Numbered from the stretch's first letter, positions 11,223 through 21,964 are shown. The stretch is DNA of 64,000 nucleotides from Pseudomonas sp. (GCF_036387035.1 NZ_DASVUM010000268.1:6671-70670), one strand, 5' to 3'. Notes: a model not told the origin generated them from the sequence alone. Numbers and translations are program-made.

Positions 11223-12011
11223 TTATCCCAGCAGGAAGTCCGTGACGCGTAGGGCAAATACTTCGCCCAGTTCAGCGCTGGAGAGGTGCGCCGCGTAGTA
11301 GTCCGAAAGCTGGCTGCCGTAGATGTGGTTCTGCAAAAAATGCCCGTCTGCCACAGTGGTCACCGTATCGTGACTGGCGCAAATGATCAGGGTAGGGACA
11401 TTGATCGAGCTGACTGCCTTGCGCAGGTCGGCATCCCGGACGGCGGCGCAGCAAGCGGCATAGCCCAGCGGCGAAGTCGCGGCCAGCACGTCGGTCACGG
11501 CGCAGACTTGATCCGGGTGTTTCTGGGCAAATTCAGGTGTAAACCAACGGCCTGCTGCGCCCTCGGCCAGCTCTTTCATGGCCTGCGCCCCGCCCTTCTC
11601 TATCAGCTCAAGACGCGGTGCCCACATTGCCTGATCGCCGATCTTCGCTGCGGTGTTGCACAGAATCAGCTTGTGCAGCCGATCGCCCGCATGGATGCCC
11701 AGCCACTGACCGATCAGGCCGCCCATGGACAGACCGCAAAAGTGCGCGCGGTCGATCTTCAGCGCATCCAACAGCGCCAGCACATCACGTCCCAGTTGTT
11801 CGATGGTGTACGGGCCCTGCGTGACGAGGGATTGACCATGCCCACGGGTGTCGTAACGCAGCACCCGGAATGATTTGCTCAGCGCCGCAACCTGCGAGTC
11901 CCACATATGCAGGTCGGTGCCCAGCGAGCTGGACAGCACCAGCACAGGCGCATCCGCAGCGCCCTCCATTTGATAATGCAGCTCACCGTCTTCAAGTGCT
12001 ATGAACGCCAT
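11223..12011 (-). CDS. pcaD: 3-oxoadipate enol-lactonase
   Basis: SLGTDLHMWD, RYDTRGHG, GLSMGG nucleophile elbow; pca context. Confidence 0.92.
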   Translation of the reverse strand: MAFIALEDGELHYQMEGAADAPVLVLSSSLGTDLHMWDSQVAALSKSFRVLRYDTRGHGQSLVTQGPYTIEQLGRDVLALLDALKIDRAHFCGLSMGGLIGQWLGIHAGDRLHKLILCNTAAKIGDQAMWAPRLELIEKGGAQAMKELAEGAAGRWFTPEFAQKHPDQVCAVTDVLAATSPLGYAACCAAVRDADLRKAVSSINVPTLIICASHDTVTTVADGHFLQNHIYGSQLSDYYAAHLSSAELGEVFALRVTDFLLG

Positions 12012-12095
12012 GGCAATGTCCCTCTCCGTCAAGCATGTGGAATCAGTGTGATGAACATGGACAGCGCGTGCCCCGCCCGGGCACGCGCGACAGGA

Positions 12096-13385
12096 TCAGT
12101 GATCCTCGTGCAGATACGCCGGCTTCTTCGGCAGTCGCAGGCTGAACAAGAAAGCAATGGCCATCATCGCGGTGACGTACCAATAGAACGTGTTTTCCAT
12201 GCCCATGTTTTTTAGACCCAGAGCGACGTATTCAGCCGAGCCGCCGAAGATCGCGTTGGCCACCGCATAGGCCAGGCCGACGCCCAGCGCACGGACCTGG
12301 ACCGGGAACATCTCGGCTTTCACCAGGCCGCTGATCGAGGTGTAGAAACTGACGATGGCCAGCGCCAGGGTGATGAGCACAAAGGCGATGATTGGACTGG
12401 TGGTGGTTTTCAACGTCAGCAGCAACGGCACCGTGCACAGCGTGCCCAGTCCGCCAAACCACAGCATTGAAGCGCGACGACCAATCTTGTCGGCGAGCAT
12501 GCCGAACACCGGTTGCATGCACATGTAGAGGAACAGCGCACCGGTCATGATGTAACTCGCGACCTTGGCGTCCATGTGCACGGTGTTGACCAGGTATTTC
12601 TGCATGTACGTGGTGAACGTGTAAAAAATTAGCGAGCCGCCGGCGGTGTAGCCCAACACGGTGATGAATGCTGCCTTGTGATCGCGAAACAACGCAGACA
12701 CGCTGCCGGCATCCTTATTCTGACGCACTTCGGCCGTGGTGGTTTCTTTCAACGACCGGCGCAGGACCAGCGAAATCACCGCCGCCACGGCTCCGACCAC
12801 GAATGGAATCCGCCAGCCGTAGGCTTTCAGCTCATCGGCGCTGAGAAACTGCTGCAGGATGACCACGGTCAGTACGGCCAACAATTGGCCGCCAATCAGC
12901 GTCACGTACTGAAATGAAGCGAAAAACCCGCGCTGCCCCCGCAACGCGACCTCGCTCATGTACGTGGCAGTCGTGCCGTACTCGCCGCCCACCGACAGGC
13001 CTTGGAACAGGCGCGCCATCAGCAACAGAAACGGCGCCCAGGCGCCAATCGATGCGTAGGTCGGCAGGCAGGCGATGACCAGCGAACCGGCACACATCAT
13101 CAGCACGGAAATCATCATCGAATTTTTGCGGCCGTGCTTGTCCGCGACGCGGCCGAACAGCCAGCCACCAATCGGGCGCATCAAAAAGCCGGCGGCAAAC
13201 ACACCCGCCGTGTTGAGCAACTGCACGGTCGGATCATCGGAAGGAAAGAACGCCGGGGCGAAATAGATGGCGCAGAACGCATAAACGTAAAAGTCGAACC
13301 ATTCGACGAGGTTGCCCGATGAGGCACCCACGATTGCGAAGATCCGCTTGCGCCGTTCTTCTCCGGTGTAGTGAGTCGTTGTCAT
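12096..13385 (-). CDS. pcaT: MFS dicarboxylate / beta-ketoadipate transporter (KgtP/PcaT)
   Basis: [23 protein letters not shown]. Start MTTTHY after a GGGGA RBS. Confidence 0.88.
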   Translation of the reverse strand: MTTTHYTGEERRKRIFAIVGASSGNLVEWFDFYVYAFCAIYFAPAFFPSDDPTVQLLNTAGVFAAGFLMRPIGGWLFGRVADKHGRKNSMMISVLMMCAGSLVIACLPTYASIGAWAPFLLLMARLFQGLSVGGEYGTTATYMSEVALRGQRGFFASFQYVTLIGGQLLAVLTVVILQQFLSADELKAYGWRIPFVVGAVAAVISLVLRRSLKETTTAEVRQNKDAGSVSALFRDHKAAFITVLGYTAGGSLIFYTFTTYMQKYLVNTVHMDAKVASYIMTGALFLYMCMQPVFGMLADKIGRRASMLWFGGLGTLCTVPLLLTLKTTTSPIIAFVLITLALAIVSFYTSISGLVKAEMFPVQVRALGVGLAYAVANAIFGGSAEYVALGLKNMGMENTFYWYVTAMMAIAFLFSLRLPKKPAYLHEDH

Positions 13386-13553
13386 TATTATTTCCCCAGG
13401 TGTAAGTAAGGTCAGCCAGTCTAAGACATAACCTGCAACATTTAGACTTAAGCAGGAACGTTTCGACATCACAAGGACAACCACCCAAGCCATCAAGTTG
13501 CCCATTCGTGGAGGCAACTGATGACCCGGGTGGTTGAATTGCCAGGATCTGGT

Positions 13554-14756
13554 TTAGCGCGCTATCGCCAGGGCCAGCCCCTGCCCCACACCGACGCACA
13601 TTGTCGCCAGTGCTTTGCTGCCGCCGGTTTTCTCCAGTTGATGCAGCGCCGTCAGCACCAACCGCGCGCCGCTCATACCCAGCGGATGACCCAGCGATAT
13701 CGACCCGCCGTTCGGGTTGACCTTGGGCGAGTCGTCGGCAATGCCCAGCTCGCGCAGAACCGCCAGGCCCTGACTGGCGAACGCTTCATTGAGTTCGATG
13801 ACATCGAAATCATTGATCGCCAGGCCCAGCCGCTCAACCAGTTTGCGCACCGCCGGGACGGGACCGATGCCCATGACGCGCGGCTCCACGCCAGCACTGG
13901 CCATGCCCAGCACGCGGGCGCGTGGGGTCAGGCCGTGTTTCTTCACCGCTTCGGCGGACGCCAGAATCATCGCCGCCGCGCCGTCGTTCAGTCCCGCTGC
14001 ATTGCCTGCCGTCACGGTTTTACCAGCCCCGTTGACCGGCTTGAGCTTGCCGAGCACCTCAAGGCTGGTGTCGGCACGTGGGTGCTCGTCGGTATCAACG
14101 ACGGTCTCGCCTTTCTTGTGGGCGATGCGCACGGGCACGATTTCCTCGGCGAAGAAACCTGAGGCCTGAGCCGCTGCCGTGCGCTGCTGGCTGCGCAGGG
14201 CAAACGCGTCCTGATCCTCTCGCGAGATGCCGAAATCTTCAGCCACGTTGTCGCCGGTCTGCGGCATGCTTTCCACGCCGTATTGTTCTTTCATCTGCGG
14301 ATTGACGAAACGCCAGCCCAGGGTGGTGTCTTCCAGTTTCTGTCCTCGGCCGAACGCGCTGTCGGCCTTGCCCATCACGAACGGTGCGCGTGACATGGAT
14401 TCGACGCCGCCGGCGATGGCCAGCTCCATCTCGCCGCAGGCAATGGCGCGGAACGCCGAACCCACCGCGTCCAGGCCAGAAGCGCACAAGCGATTCAGGG
14501 TCACGCCCGGCACACTAGGCGGCAACCCTGCCAACAGCGCCGCCATACGGGCGACGTTGCGGTTATCTTCACCGGCCTGATTGGCACAGCCCATGAATAC
14601 TTCATCCAGGTCATCCCAGTGGACCGACGGGTTGCGCTGCATCAAAGCCTTGATGGGCAGCGCCGCCAGATCATCAGCCCGAACCGTCGCCAAGGCGCCG
14701 CCGAAACGGCCGATGGGGGTGCGAATCGCGTCGCAGATAAATACGTCACGCATCAT
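13554..14756 (-). CDS. pcaF: 3-oxoadipyl-CoA thiolase
   Basis: [35 protein letters not shown]. Confidence 0.95.
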   Translation of the reverse strand: MMRDVFICDAIRTPIGRFGGALATVRADDLAALPIKALMQRNPSVHWDDLDEVFMGCANQAGEDNRNVARMAALLAGLPPSVPGVTLNRLCASGLDAVGSAFRAIACGEMELAIAGGVESMSRAPFVMGKADSAFGRGQKLEDTTLGWRFVNPQMKEQYGVESMPQTGDNVAEDFGISREDQDAFALRSQQRTAAAQASGFFAEEIVPVRIAHKKGETVVDTDEHPRADTSLEVLGKLKPVNGAGKTVTAGNAAGLNDGAAAMILASAEAVKKHGLTPRARVLGMASAGVEPRVMGIGPVPAVRKLVERLGLAINDFDVIELNEAFASQGLAVLRELGIADDSPKVNPNGGSISLGHPLGMSGARLVLTALHQLEKTGGSKALATMCVGVGQGLALAIAR

Positions 14757-15532
14757 GCTTCTCCTGGCGCCTGGCCATGGGCGGCAGCGGTGCGCGCTTC
14801 CAGGTCACGCAGCGCCGTCAGTTCATACTCGGTGGGCAGGTCGGAGCACACGACGTTGTCGGCAAAACGCACGTTCCACCCGGTGGCCGCGATCACCTGC
14901 TCGCGGGTCACGCCCGGGTGCAAGGTGGTTACCACGAACTCGTGAGTGCCCTCTTCCGGCTCCATGATGCACAGGTCAGTGATAATGCCGACCGGCCCGG
15001 CGCCCGGCAGGCCAAGGCGCTTGCGCGAATCGCCGCCTTCGCCGTGGCCAACCGACGTCAGGAAGTCGAGCTTGTCGACGAAGGTCCGGGGGGACTGCTT
15101 CAGGATGATCAGCACTTCTTTGGCCGATCCGGCGATTTCCGGCGCGCCCCCGGCCCCCGGCAGGCGCACTTTCGGCGCATGGTAATCGCCAACCACCGTC
15201 GTGTTGATATTGCCGAAACGGTCGACCTGAGCCGCGCCGAGAAACCCGACATCAACACGCCCGCCCTGCAGCCAGTAACGGAAGATCTCGCTGGTGGACA
15301 CCACAGTGTCCGCGGTTTCCGCCAGTTCCCCGTCACCGATGGACAGAGGCAGCACGTCGGGCTTGGCGCCGATGGGCCCGGATTCATAAATGAGCACCAC
15401 GTCGGGCGACGACGTAAGGCGCGCCAGATTGGCCGCTTTCGAGGGCAGGCCGATGCCGACGAAGCACACCGCGCCATTGTTCAATCGACGCGCAGCGGCA
15501 ACGGTCATCATTTCGCTGGTGGAATAGTTCAT
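14753..15532 (-). CDS. pcaJ: 3-oxoadipate CoA-transferase subunit B
   Basis: [25 protein letters not shown]; ATGA-coupled to its neighbours. Confidence 0.9.
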   Translation of the reverse strand: MNYSTSEMMTVAAARRLNNGAVCFVGIGLPSKAANLARLTSSPDVVLIYESGPIGAKPDVLPLSIGDGELAETADTVVSTSEIFRYWLQGGRVDVGFLGAAQVDRFGNINTTVVGDYHAPKVRLPGAGGAPEIAGSAKEVLIILKQSPRTFVDKLDFLTSVGHGEGGDSRKRLGLPGAGPVGIITDLCIMEPEEGTHEFVVTTLHPGVTREQVIAATGWNVRFADNVVCSDLPTEYELTALRDLEARTAAAHGQAPGEA

Positions 15533-16389
15533 TGGTCAGCCTCCGCTGCGTGGGCCAGCGTGTTCTTGAACTCACTGAAATCACGGGTGCCATGGATGTG
15601 GCGATCGATCCAGGCGGTAAACGCCTCGCGATCACGGGCGATGGCATCCCAGGCCTGATAGAAACGGTTGTCGCGCTCGTAGTAGCCGTGCGCATAGGAA
15701 GGGTGCGCGCCACCCGGCACAACGCAAACTGCGCTCAATGCCCAGGTAGGCAACACGCAGGCGTTCATCGGCGCCTTGAGGTCGTCGACAATCTCCTCGA
15801 CGGTGACGATGCAGCGTTTGGCCGCAAGCGCCGCTTCTTTCTGCACACCCAGGATGCCCCACAGCAGCACGTTGCCTTTGCGGTCAGCTTTCTGAGCGTG
15901 GATAACCGTGACGTCGGGGCGCACCGCCGGCACGGCCGCCAACACTTCTCCCGTGAACGGGCAGGTCACCGATTTGATCAACGGGTTGACCTTCGGCAGG
16001 TCGGAACCGGCGTAAGCGCGCAACACCGCAAATGGCAGGCCGGATGCGCCCGCCACATAGGCATTGGCGAGGTCGGCATGGCTGTGCTCTTCGATCTCCA
16101 GAGGTTGCGGCCATTGCCGTTCGACGGCATCGCGAAGCCGGTGCAGGGAGCCAACGCCCGGATTGCCGCCCCACGAGAAAATCAGCCGCTTCGCACAACC
16201 TGCGCCGATCAGTTGGTCATAAATCAAATCAGGGGTCATGCGCACCAGCGTCAGATTCTTCTTCTTCTGGCGAATGAGCTCGTGGCCCGCCGCCGTAGGA
16301 ATCAGGTGGGTGAAGCCTTCAAGCGCAACGGTGTCGCCATCGTTGACGAATTGCTTCACGGCCTCGTGGAGGGAAAGAATCGCAGCCAT
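15529..16389 (-). CDS. pcaI: 3-oxoadipate CoA-transferase subunit A
   Basis: VALEGFTHLIP, IHAQKADRKGN, GAHPS. Confidence 0.9.
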   Translation of the reverse strand: MAAILSLHEAVKQFVNDGDTVALEGFTHLIPTAAGHELIRQKKKNLTLVRMTPDLIYDQLIGAGCAKRLIFSWGGNPGVGSLHRLRDAVERQWPQPLEIEEHSHADLANAYVAGASGLPFAVLRAYAGSDLPKVNPLIKSVTCPFTGEVLAAVPAVRPDVTVIHAQKADRKGNVLLWGILGVQKEAALAAKRCIVTVEEIVDDLKAPMNACVLPTWALSAVCVVPGGAHPSYAHGYYERDNRFYQAWDAIARDREAFTAWIDRHIHGTRDFSEFKNTLAHAAEADQ

Positions 16390-16476
16390 CGGATGCTCCA
16401 GGTTCAGACTCGGTTGCCGACCTGTTGCGGGACGGCGTTGAGGCTGAGGTTATGCCTGGGGACGGGGCGTAACAAT

Positions 16477-16509
16477 CCGATAATCGACTAAGTGTTCGAT
16501 CACCGAACA
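16477..16509. promoter_or_regulatory. PcaR boxes upstream of pcaI
   Basis: CCGATAATCGAC and palindromic TGTTCGATCACCGAACA, similar to the PcaR consensus GTTCGATAATCGCAC. Confidence 0.7.
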
Positions 16510-16555
16510 GAGAGTGACAGCCTATGCGGAGTTCGATCTGCACCCCTTCAGGAGC

Positions 16556-17398
16556 TCAGGTGAACAACTGCGTGCTGAGGTCCCGGCTGGCATCCAGCAT
16601 GATCGGCAGAAACTTCTGCTCCAACTCATTGCGCGTCACCCGACCCGCGCTGGTGCTGACATTCAGCGCCGCAAGCACTTGGCCGGATGCGTCGTAGACC
16701 GGCACCGCGATAGAACGCAACCCCTGCTCGAGCTCCTGATCAACGATGCACCACCCTTGTTGCCTAACTTGCTGCAGGCATTCGAGCAAGGCTTCGGGTG
16801 TGCGCAATGTGCGGCTGGTTTTGGGCTGCAGATCGACGTGATCCAGATATTCCTGCAGCGAGACGTCGTCCAGCGCCGCCAGAAGAATCCGCCCCATCGA
16901 TGTGCAGTACGCCGGCAAACGCCCGCCCACTGCCAGGTCCACGGAGATCAGTCGCTGAGTGGTGGCTGAGCGCGCTATATAAAGAATGTCGTCGCCTTCG
17001 AGCGTGGCCATGTTGCAGGCCTCGTGCAGTTGATCACTCATGCGGTCCAGATACGGCTGCGATGAAACCGCCAACGGCGTCGATGACAAGTACGCATGGC
17101 CGAGCGTCAACACCTTAGGCAGCAGCGAGTACGTACGACCGTCAGTGGTGGCATAACCGAGCTTGATCAATGTGTGCAGGCAGCGACGCACCGCCGCCCT
17201 GGGTATTTCCGTTCGATGGCTGATCTGAGCGATGGTCAGGTGGCGTTTGCGCTCTTGAAAGGCATGAATCACGGCCAGCCCGCGTGCCAGCGAGGTCATG
17301 AAATCAGGATCACCGGTCAGCGCCTGAATCCTTTTTGCAGGGGACGCAACAATGGGCGGCGCAAGTGACGCGAAAGAATTACGCAATTGATCGTTCAT
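16556..17398 (-). CDS. pcaR: IclR-family pca regulator
   Basis: MNDQLRNSF..., DFMTSLARGL, RLPAYCTSMGR, VDQELEQGLRSIA. Confidence 0.95.
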   Translation of the reverse strand: MNDQLRNSFASLAPPIVASPAKRIQALTGDPDFMTSLARGLAVIHAFQERKRHLTIAQISHRTEIPRAAVRRCLHTLIKLGYATTDGRTYSLLPKVLTLGHAYLSSTPLAVSSQPYLDRMSDQLHEACNMATLEGDDILYIARSATTQRLISVDLAVGGRLPAYCTSMGRILLAALDDVSLQEYLDHVDLQPKTSRTLRTPEALLECLQQVRQQGWCIVDQELEQGLRSIAVPVYDASGQVLAALNVSTSAGRVTRNELEQKFLPIMLDASRDLSTQLFT

Positions 17399-17481
17399 GC
17401 TGACACCGTTCGTCGTGGCCGCGAAAGCCTTGTAGAACGCCACTCTCGCCTGTTTTCCGCACCACGGCAAGCGCGCTTTGG

Positions 17482-17512
17482 GCGATTATCGAACGACTGG
17501 CCGATAATCGCA
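17482..17512. promoter_or_regulatory. PcaR boxes upstream of pcaR
   Basis: GCGATTATCGAAC (reverse complement of GTTCGATAATCGC) and CCGATAATCGCA. Confidence 0.7.
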
Positions 17513-17548
17513 ATTGACCAGTTGCGTCGTTGCTTATACCTTTCACAT

Positions 17549-17632
17549 GCCATATGTGGCTTCTTGGAACTACTGGTCAGGTACCCACTGAGAAGTCCCA
17601 GGTACGGCCTTGCTCACCGCAAGGCCGTTTTT
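17549..17632 (+). ncRNA. Candidate small RNA divergent from pcaR
   Basis: TTGACC-N17-TACCTT promoter (17514-17542), a 5' stem, and terminator ACGGCCTTGC-TCACC-GCAAGGCCGT-TTTT, with no credible ORF in between. Confidence 0.45.
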
Positions 17633-18217
17633 GTCTCTGCCCCGCCCACTTATTTGTAAGCGTATAAATACAGATGCGCTATTCGCACCTTCATAAGCTG
17701 TCAATTTACGTCGTCAGAAAACTGTCTGGCGCGTTAAAACATGTGAAGCGTCAAGTTCTGTCATAAATCGGAGTGTGCAACTTAGGAACCTTCGTACATG
17801 AGAAAGGTATAAATCCTCAGTTGTTCCATTACGACAGTCTCGACAGTTGACTCGCCTGCGCATCTTCGCGATAGTGGCCGTCATTGAAGCCCTGGAACGC
17901 TAACGCGTGATTTAATCCCCCGCTTATCTGGCATGGATCCAAACTCACGCATGCATTGCACGGTTTGTTCGCAATGCTCGGCGCCGGCAGGCCAGCACCC
18001 TGGTCCATTGCCCTCTTGCAGGCACTCAATATGAATGTTGCTACGACAGTACTGTCAGTCTGGTGTCCGTAGCCGCCCACGGTTGAAGTGTGAATCATCC
18101 AGCGCAGCTCCGCTGCCCGATGATTATTCCTGGCTCGATACAGTGTGATCGTCAGGGCCGACACTTTCAGACTCGGCGTCAACACCGGGATTAAACTCGA
18201 CCCGATCAGGTATTAAC

Positions 18218-18415
18218 GTGACCAAAGATGAACTGCGCGCAGAATTAGAGCGCCAGGAACAACGTTACAAGGATGTTTACGGCGGCGAAGTGACCACCTA
18301 TGCCGCCCAGCCCGAGCCAGAGCGCAAGCCTTGGCGCAAACGGGCCAGCCTGCTCGACCAGGCTTTCAAGCACGAACTGCAAAAGATGGAAGAAGAACTC
18401 AGGGAAGAGCCATGA
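18218..18415 (+). CDS. Small charged helical hypothetical protein (65 aa)
   Basis: GTG start after an AGGT RBS; host-like codon use; TKDELRAELERQEQRY...GGEVTTYAAQ. Confidence 0.75.
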   Translation: MTKDELRAELERQEQRYKDVYGGEVTTYAAQPEPERKPWRKRASLLDQAFKHELQKMEEELREEP

Positions 18416-18660
18416 GCCTTTCGCTTGCCGGTCGCTGATTCGGGCAGCCGACGACGAGCGCGCTCAATGCTTTAATGGCTGAGTTTGATTGACTGGTCTA
18501 TGGTCTAGGATTGCTTCCCGTAGTGCTTCCCGACAGGAAGTCAACAGGCTGTTTGGGCAGAAATTTCGTTGCAGGTTGCTACCAATGAGCGGCGTGCCTA
18601 TCGATTAGTTTTTTTTCTGTCATAATCCCGCCCCCTTAAGACCGGGTCAGAAAACCTTCC

Positions 18661-20133
18661 ATGATCGATCTATTCAGCGGACTGGATGCTTGGGTGATTG
18701 TGAGCTTGTTGCTCGCCCTGGCGTTTGTCCTCACCTTCGAGTTCATCAACGGCTTTCATGACACTGCCAACGCGGTGGCGACAGTCATTTACACCAAGGC
18801 CATGCCGCCCCATCTGGCGGTATTTTTCTCGGGTGTGTTCAACTTCCTCGGGGTGCTCCTGGGTGGCGTCGGCGTGGCATATGCCATCGTCCATCTGCTG
18901 CCGGTCGAGTTGTTGATCAACGTCAACACCGGTCATGGTCTGGCAATGGTGTTCTCGCTGTTGGCTGCGGCCATCACCTGGAACCTGGGCACGTGGTATT
19001 TCGGTATTCCAGCTTCCAGCTCACACACGCTGATCGGCTCGATTCTGGGCGTGGGTCTGGCCAATGCGCTGATCAATCACATCCCGTTGGGCGAAGGCGT
19101 GAACTGGCAGAAGGCGATTGATATTGGCGCCTCGCTGGTGTTCTCGCCACTGGCCGGTTTCATCGTGGCAGGTCTGGTGCTGCTGGGGCTCAAGGCCTGG
19201 CGCCCGCTGTCCAAGATGCACAAGACCCCGGAACAACGCCGCAAGCTCGATGACAAAAAACACCCGCCGTTCTGGAACCGCCTCGTTCTGGTGATTTCCG
19301 CGATGGCGGTGAGTTTTGTGCACGGCTCCAACGACGGCCAGAAAGGCATCGGCCTGATCATGCTGGTGCTGATCGGTATCGTGCCCGCGCAATTCGTGCT
19401 GGACCTGAGCACCACCACCTACCAGATCGAGCGCACCCGCGACGCGACCCAACACCTGAGCCAGTTTTATCAGCGCAACAACGCGACGCTGGGTGAGTAC
19501 CTGGCGCTGGGCAAATCGGCTGCGGGCGACCTGCCCGAGCGATTTAGCTGCGACCCCGAGCAGACCGAGCCGACCATCGATGCCCTGCTGAACAACCTCA
19601 AAGGCGTCAATGATTACCACAGCCTCGCGCCAGAGCATCGCATCGAAGTGCGTCGCTACCTGCTGTGCCTGGATGACACGGCCCGCAAGGTCGGCAAGCT
19701 CCCGGCGCTTGATGCCCGCGAAAAATCCGATCTGGAAAAGCTGCGTAAAGACCTGACCGCCACCACTGAATACGCGCCGTTCTGGGTCATCTTCGCCGTT
19801 GCACTGGCACTGGGCGTCGGCACCATGGTCGGCTGGAAACGTGTGGTACTGACCATCGGCGAGAAGATTGGCAAGCAAGGCATGACCTACGCTCAGGGCA
19901 TGTCCGCACAGATCACCACCGCGAGCGCCATTGCCCTCGCCAACGTGTTCAGCCTGCCGGTCTCCACAACTCACATCCTGTCGTCCGGCGTGGCGGGGAC
20001 CATGGTGGCGAACAAAAGCGGCCTGCAAGGCGGCACCGTGCGCAATATCCTGCTGGCGTGGGTATTGACCCTGCCCGCTACCGTCGCGCTGTCGGCCGGG
20101 CTGTTCTGGTTGGCGTCCAAAGCGCTGGCCTGA
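18661..20133 (+). CDS. pitA: Low-affinity inorganic phosphate transporter (PiT family)
   Basis: NGFHDTANAVAT, HGSNDGQK, PVSTTH motifs. Confidence 0.95.
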   Translation: MIDLFSGLDAWVIVSLLLALAFVLTFEFINGFHDTANAVATVIYTKAMPPHLAVFFSGVFNFLGVLLGGVGVAYAIVHLLPVELLINVNTGHGLAMVFSLLAAAITWNLGTWYFGIPASSSHTLIGSILGVGLANALINHIPLGEGVNWQKAIDIGASLVFSPLAGFIVAGLVLLGLKAWRPLSKMHKTPEQRRKLDDKKHPPFWNRLVLVISAMAVSFVHGSNDGQKGIGLIMLVLIGIVPAQFVLDLSTTTYQIERTRDATQHLSQFYQRNNATLGEYLALGKSAAGDLPERFSCDPEQTEPTIDALLNNLKGVNDYHSLAPEHRIEVRRYLLCLDDTARKVGKLPALDAREKSDLEKLRKDLTATTEYAPFWVIFAVALALGVGTMVGWKRVVLTIGEKIGKQGMTYAQGMSAQITTASAIALANVFSLPVSTTHILSSGVAGTMVANKSGLQGGTVRNILLAWVLTLPATVALSAGLFWLASKALA

Positions 20134-20155
20134 CCTGACTGCGCTGCCTGATGTG

Positions 20156-20185
20156 AAAAAGCCCATTCAGTGAATGGGCTTTTTT
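20156..20185. terminator. Bidirectional intrinsic terminator
   Basis: AAAAAGCCCATTCA-G-TGAATGGGCTTTTTT. Confidence 0.9.
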
Positions 20186-20248
20186 ATGGGTGCCAATCGC
20201 AATGAGCGGTCATGGATCGCCCACGAACCAAGCCGGCGCGCGGATTCG

Positions 20249-21739
20249 CTAGCGGCGCTTCTTGCCGCCACCCAGCAGCGAGCCCATCAAGCCTCGCACC
20301 AGCTCGCGGCCGATCTGGCTGGCAGCCTGCCGCATCGCACTCTTGACCGCCTGCCCCGCCAGCCCACCCAGAAACCCACCCGCCATGTCGGCAAAGCCAC
20401 TGTCTGGCTTCTCTTCAGCTGCAGGTTGCTGCGCGCGATCCGCCGGTGCGCCTTTGCGGGCCAGCAGCATTTCGTAAGCGGATTCGCGGTCCACGGGTTT
20501 ATCGTAGCGACCGGCCAGCGGCGACCGGGCGATCAGCGTGGCGCGCTCGGCCGGCGTCAACGGCCCGATGCGCGATTGAGGCGGTGCGATCAACACGCGC
20601 TGGACGGTTTCAGGCGTGCCCTTGTCCTGAAGCGTGCCCACCAGCGCCTCACCGATTCCTAACTCGGTCAGCGCCGACAGCGCGTCGAACTCGGGGTTGG
20701 GGCGAAAGCCTTCCGCCACCGCTTTCAATGCTCTTTGTTCTTTGGTGGTGAACGCGTGCAGGCCATGCTGAATGCGCAAACCGAGCTGCGCCAGAATGGT
20801 GTCCGGCAGATCCCCTGGCGACTGGGTGACAAAATAAACGCCCACCCCTCTGGACCGAATCAGCCGCACCACTTGCTCCAGCCGCTCCTGCAGCGCTTTC
20901 GGCGTGTCAGCAAAGAGCAGATGCGCTTCGTCGAAGAACAGCGCCAGCAAGGGTTTATCTGCATCGCCGCGCTCAGGCAATTGCTCGAAAAGCTCTGCCA
21001 GCAGCCACAGCAGGAAGGTGGCGTAGACCTTCGGGGACTCGTGCACCAGCCGGCTGGCATCGAGCAAATGGATTTGACCGCGGCCGTCGCTGGCGGGCTG
21101 CAAAATATCTTCCAGTTGCAGCGCCGGCTCGCCAAACAAGGCTTCGACACCCTGCTGTTCGAGCACGGCCAGCCGCCGTAATAATGCCTGACTCGACCTC
21201 GTGGTCATCAACGCGCTGTCATCGCCCAGCACCTCGGGGTTGTCGCGCAAATGATTGAGCAGCGCCTTGAGGTCTTTGATGTCCAGCAACAACAACCCTT
21301 CCCGGTCGGCGACCTTGAACGCGGCGTAGAGCGCCGACTGCTGGCTGTCCGTCAATTCCAGCAGACTCCCAAGCAACAGCGGCCCCATTTCCGACAAGGT
21401 CGTGCGCAACGGGTGACCGGTTTCACCGTGCACATCCCATAGCGTGACCGGATAGCCCTGAGGCTGATGGCGCAACCACGGCATGCCGGCAATGCGCTCT
21501 GCGATCTTGCCTTGAGGGCCGCCCGGGGCGCCGAGCCCGCAGAGATCGCCCTTGATGTCGGCCGCGAAGACTGCTACCCCGGCATCACTGAAGACCTCGG
21601 CCAGACGTTGCAAGGTGACGGTTTTCCCGGTACCGGTGGCGCCGGCCACCAGCCCGTGACGATTGGCCAGACGCATCGCCTGCCCGATTGGCTGGCCGTC
21701 AAGGTCAGCGCCGATAAGAATCTGTTGTGAGTCAGGCAT
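20249..21739 (-). CDS. HerA-like ATPase (YjgR/DUF853 family)
   Basis: ANRHGLVAGATGTGKT Walker A, FFDEAH Walker B, LIRSRGVGVYFVTQ. Start MPDSQQ. Confidence 0.9.
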   Translation of the reverse strand: MPDSQQILIGADLDGQPIGQAMRLANRHGLVAGATGTGKTVTLQRLAEVFSDAGVAVFAADIKGDLCGLGAPGGPQGKIAERIAGMPWLRHQPQGYPVTLWDVHGETGHPLRTTLSEMGPLLLGSLLELTDSQQSALYAAFKVADREGLLLLDIKDLKALLNHLRDNPEVLGDDSALMTTRSSQALLRRLAVLEQQGVEALFGEPALQLEDILQPASDGRGQIHLLDASRLVHESPKVYATFLLWLLAELFEQLPERGDADKPLLALFFDEAHLLFADTPKALQERLEQVVRLIRSRGVGVYFVTQSPGDLPDTILAQLGLRIQHGLHAFTTKEQRALKAVAEGFRPNPEFDALSALTELGIGEALVGTLQDKGTPETVQRVLIAPPQSRIGPLTPAERATLIARSPLAGRYDKPVDRESAYEMLLARKGAPADRAQQPAAEEKPDSGFADMAGGFLGGLAGQAVKSAMRQAASQIGRELVRGLMGSLLGGGKKRR

Positions 21740-21964
21740 CCGATCACCCAAGCGTCGCGTTTGATATTCCCGAGGGGACGACGGCGGCAGTCCGACTGGC
21801 CCGCACCGCTGGTCAACCCTTGGCATTCGGCCCTTTGTCCGCCTCCTTACTCTAGCGCAAGCGGCGCGATGCCCCCTATGCGCCCTGGAGCGACGACCTG
21901 CACGCGAACATCCGTATCTGTGGATGGTCAACCAGAAGGATCGATCAACGGACGGAGGCATACA

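Noticed and set aside
17829-18185. 118-aa minus-strand ORF as a confident CDS
   Set aside because: No recognisable motif or clear RBS; kept only as part of an unexplained region.
20249-21739. HerA-like ATPase as an anti-phage system
   Set aside because: It is the YjgR/DUF853 housekeeping type at a core position, with no Sir2, nuclease or other defence partner.
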